Shown here piece by piece: positions 63,921-64,000 of a DNA stretch of 64,000 bases. The notes below the pieces were generated by a model. It saw only the letters and a list, made by a program, of their open reading frames with translations, searched no databases and was not told the origin of the DNA. Every line of letters starts with the position of its first letter. The stretch's first letter is position 1. Location: contig DF236997.1 in assembly GCA_000708835.1 (NCBI GenBank), positions 62,001 to 126,000 of the forward strand, read 5' to 3'. The position numbers and the translations under genes were made by a program. Origin of the DNA: Klebsormidium nitens (lineage: Eukaryota > Plantae > Klebsormidiophyceae).

Positions 63921-63944
63921 CATGCATGCATGCATGTTCATGCA
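63921..63944. repeat. (CATG)4 tract / RY-like element
   Basis: catgcatgcatgcatg followed by ttcatgca. Confidence 0.6.
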
Positions 63945-64000
63945 GCCGGACATGGTCTTTTCTATGCAATCAGTCCCTTACATTGCCCACATATATCTAC

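Overview
Eukaryotic, intron-rich, gene-dense nuclear DNA from a streptophyte green alga. It is most likely Klebsormidium-like (inferred from plant-type orthologues, many short spliceosomal introns and an intronic TTTTAGGG array). I assembled 14 protein-coding genes by hand, mostly in head-to-head pairs: RCC1-repeat protein (3' part), thylakoidal processing peptidase (S26), CHID1 (GH18-like), homogentisate 1,2-dioxygenase, DUF493/YbeD-like plastid protein, CCHC zinc-knuckle protein, ARP5, starch branching enzyme I, RluA-family pseudouridine synthase, T4 Rnl1-type RNA ligase, G-group bZIP (GBF), tandem GRF-zinc-finger/acidic-tail protein, non-catalytic isoamylase ISA2 and an ArfGAP. The standout is a 9-exon, stand-alone phage/bacterial-type (T4 Rnl1) RNA ligase. 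It has all recognisable nucleotidyltransferase motifs and appears to gain a transit-peptide exon through a GC-AG intron. It shares a ~600-bp bidirectional promoter with an organellar RNA pseudouridine synthase. The 46-50.4 kb interval (repeat array with ACGT cores, a hairpin, a relic ORF and the GRF gene) is the second unexplained area. No tRNA, rRNA or CRISPR array was recognised. Exon boundaries are manual GT/GC-AG calls and family calls come from remembered motifs, not database searches.
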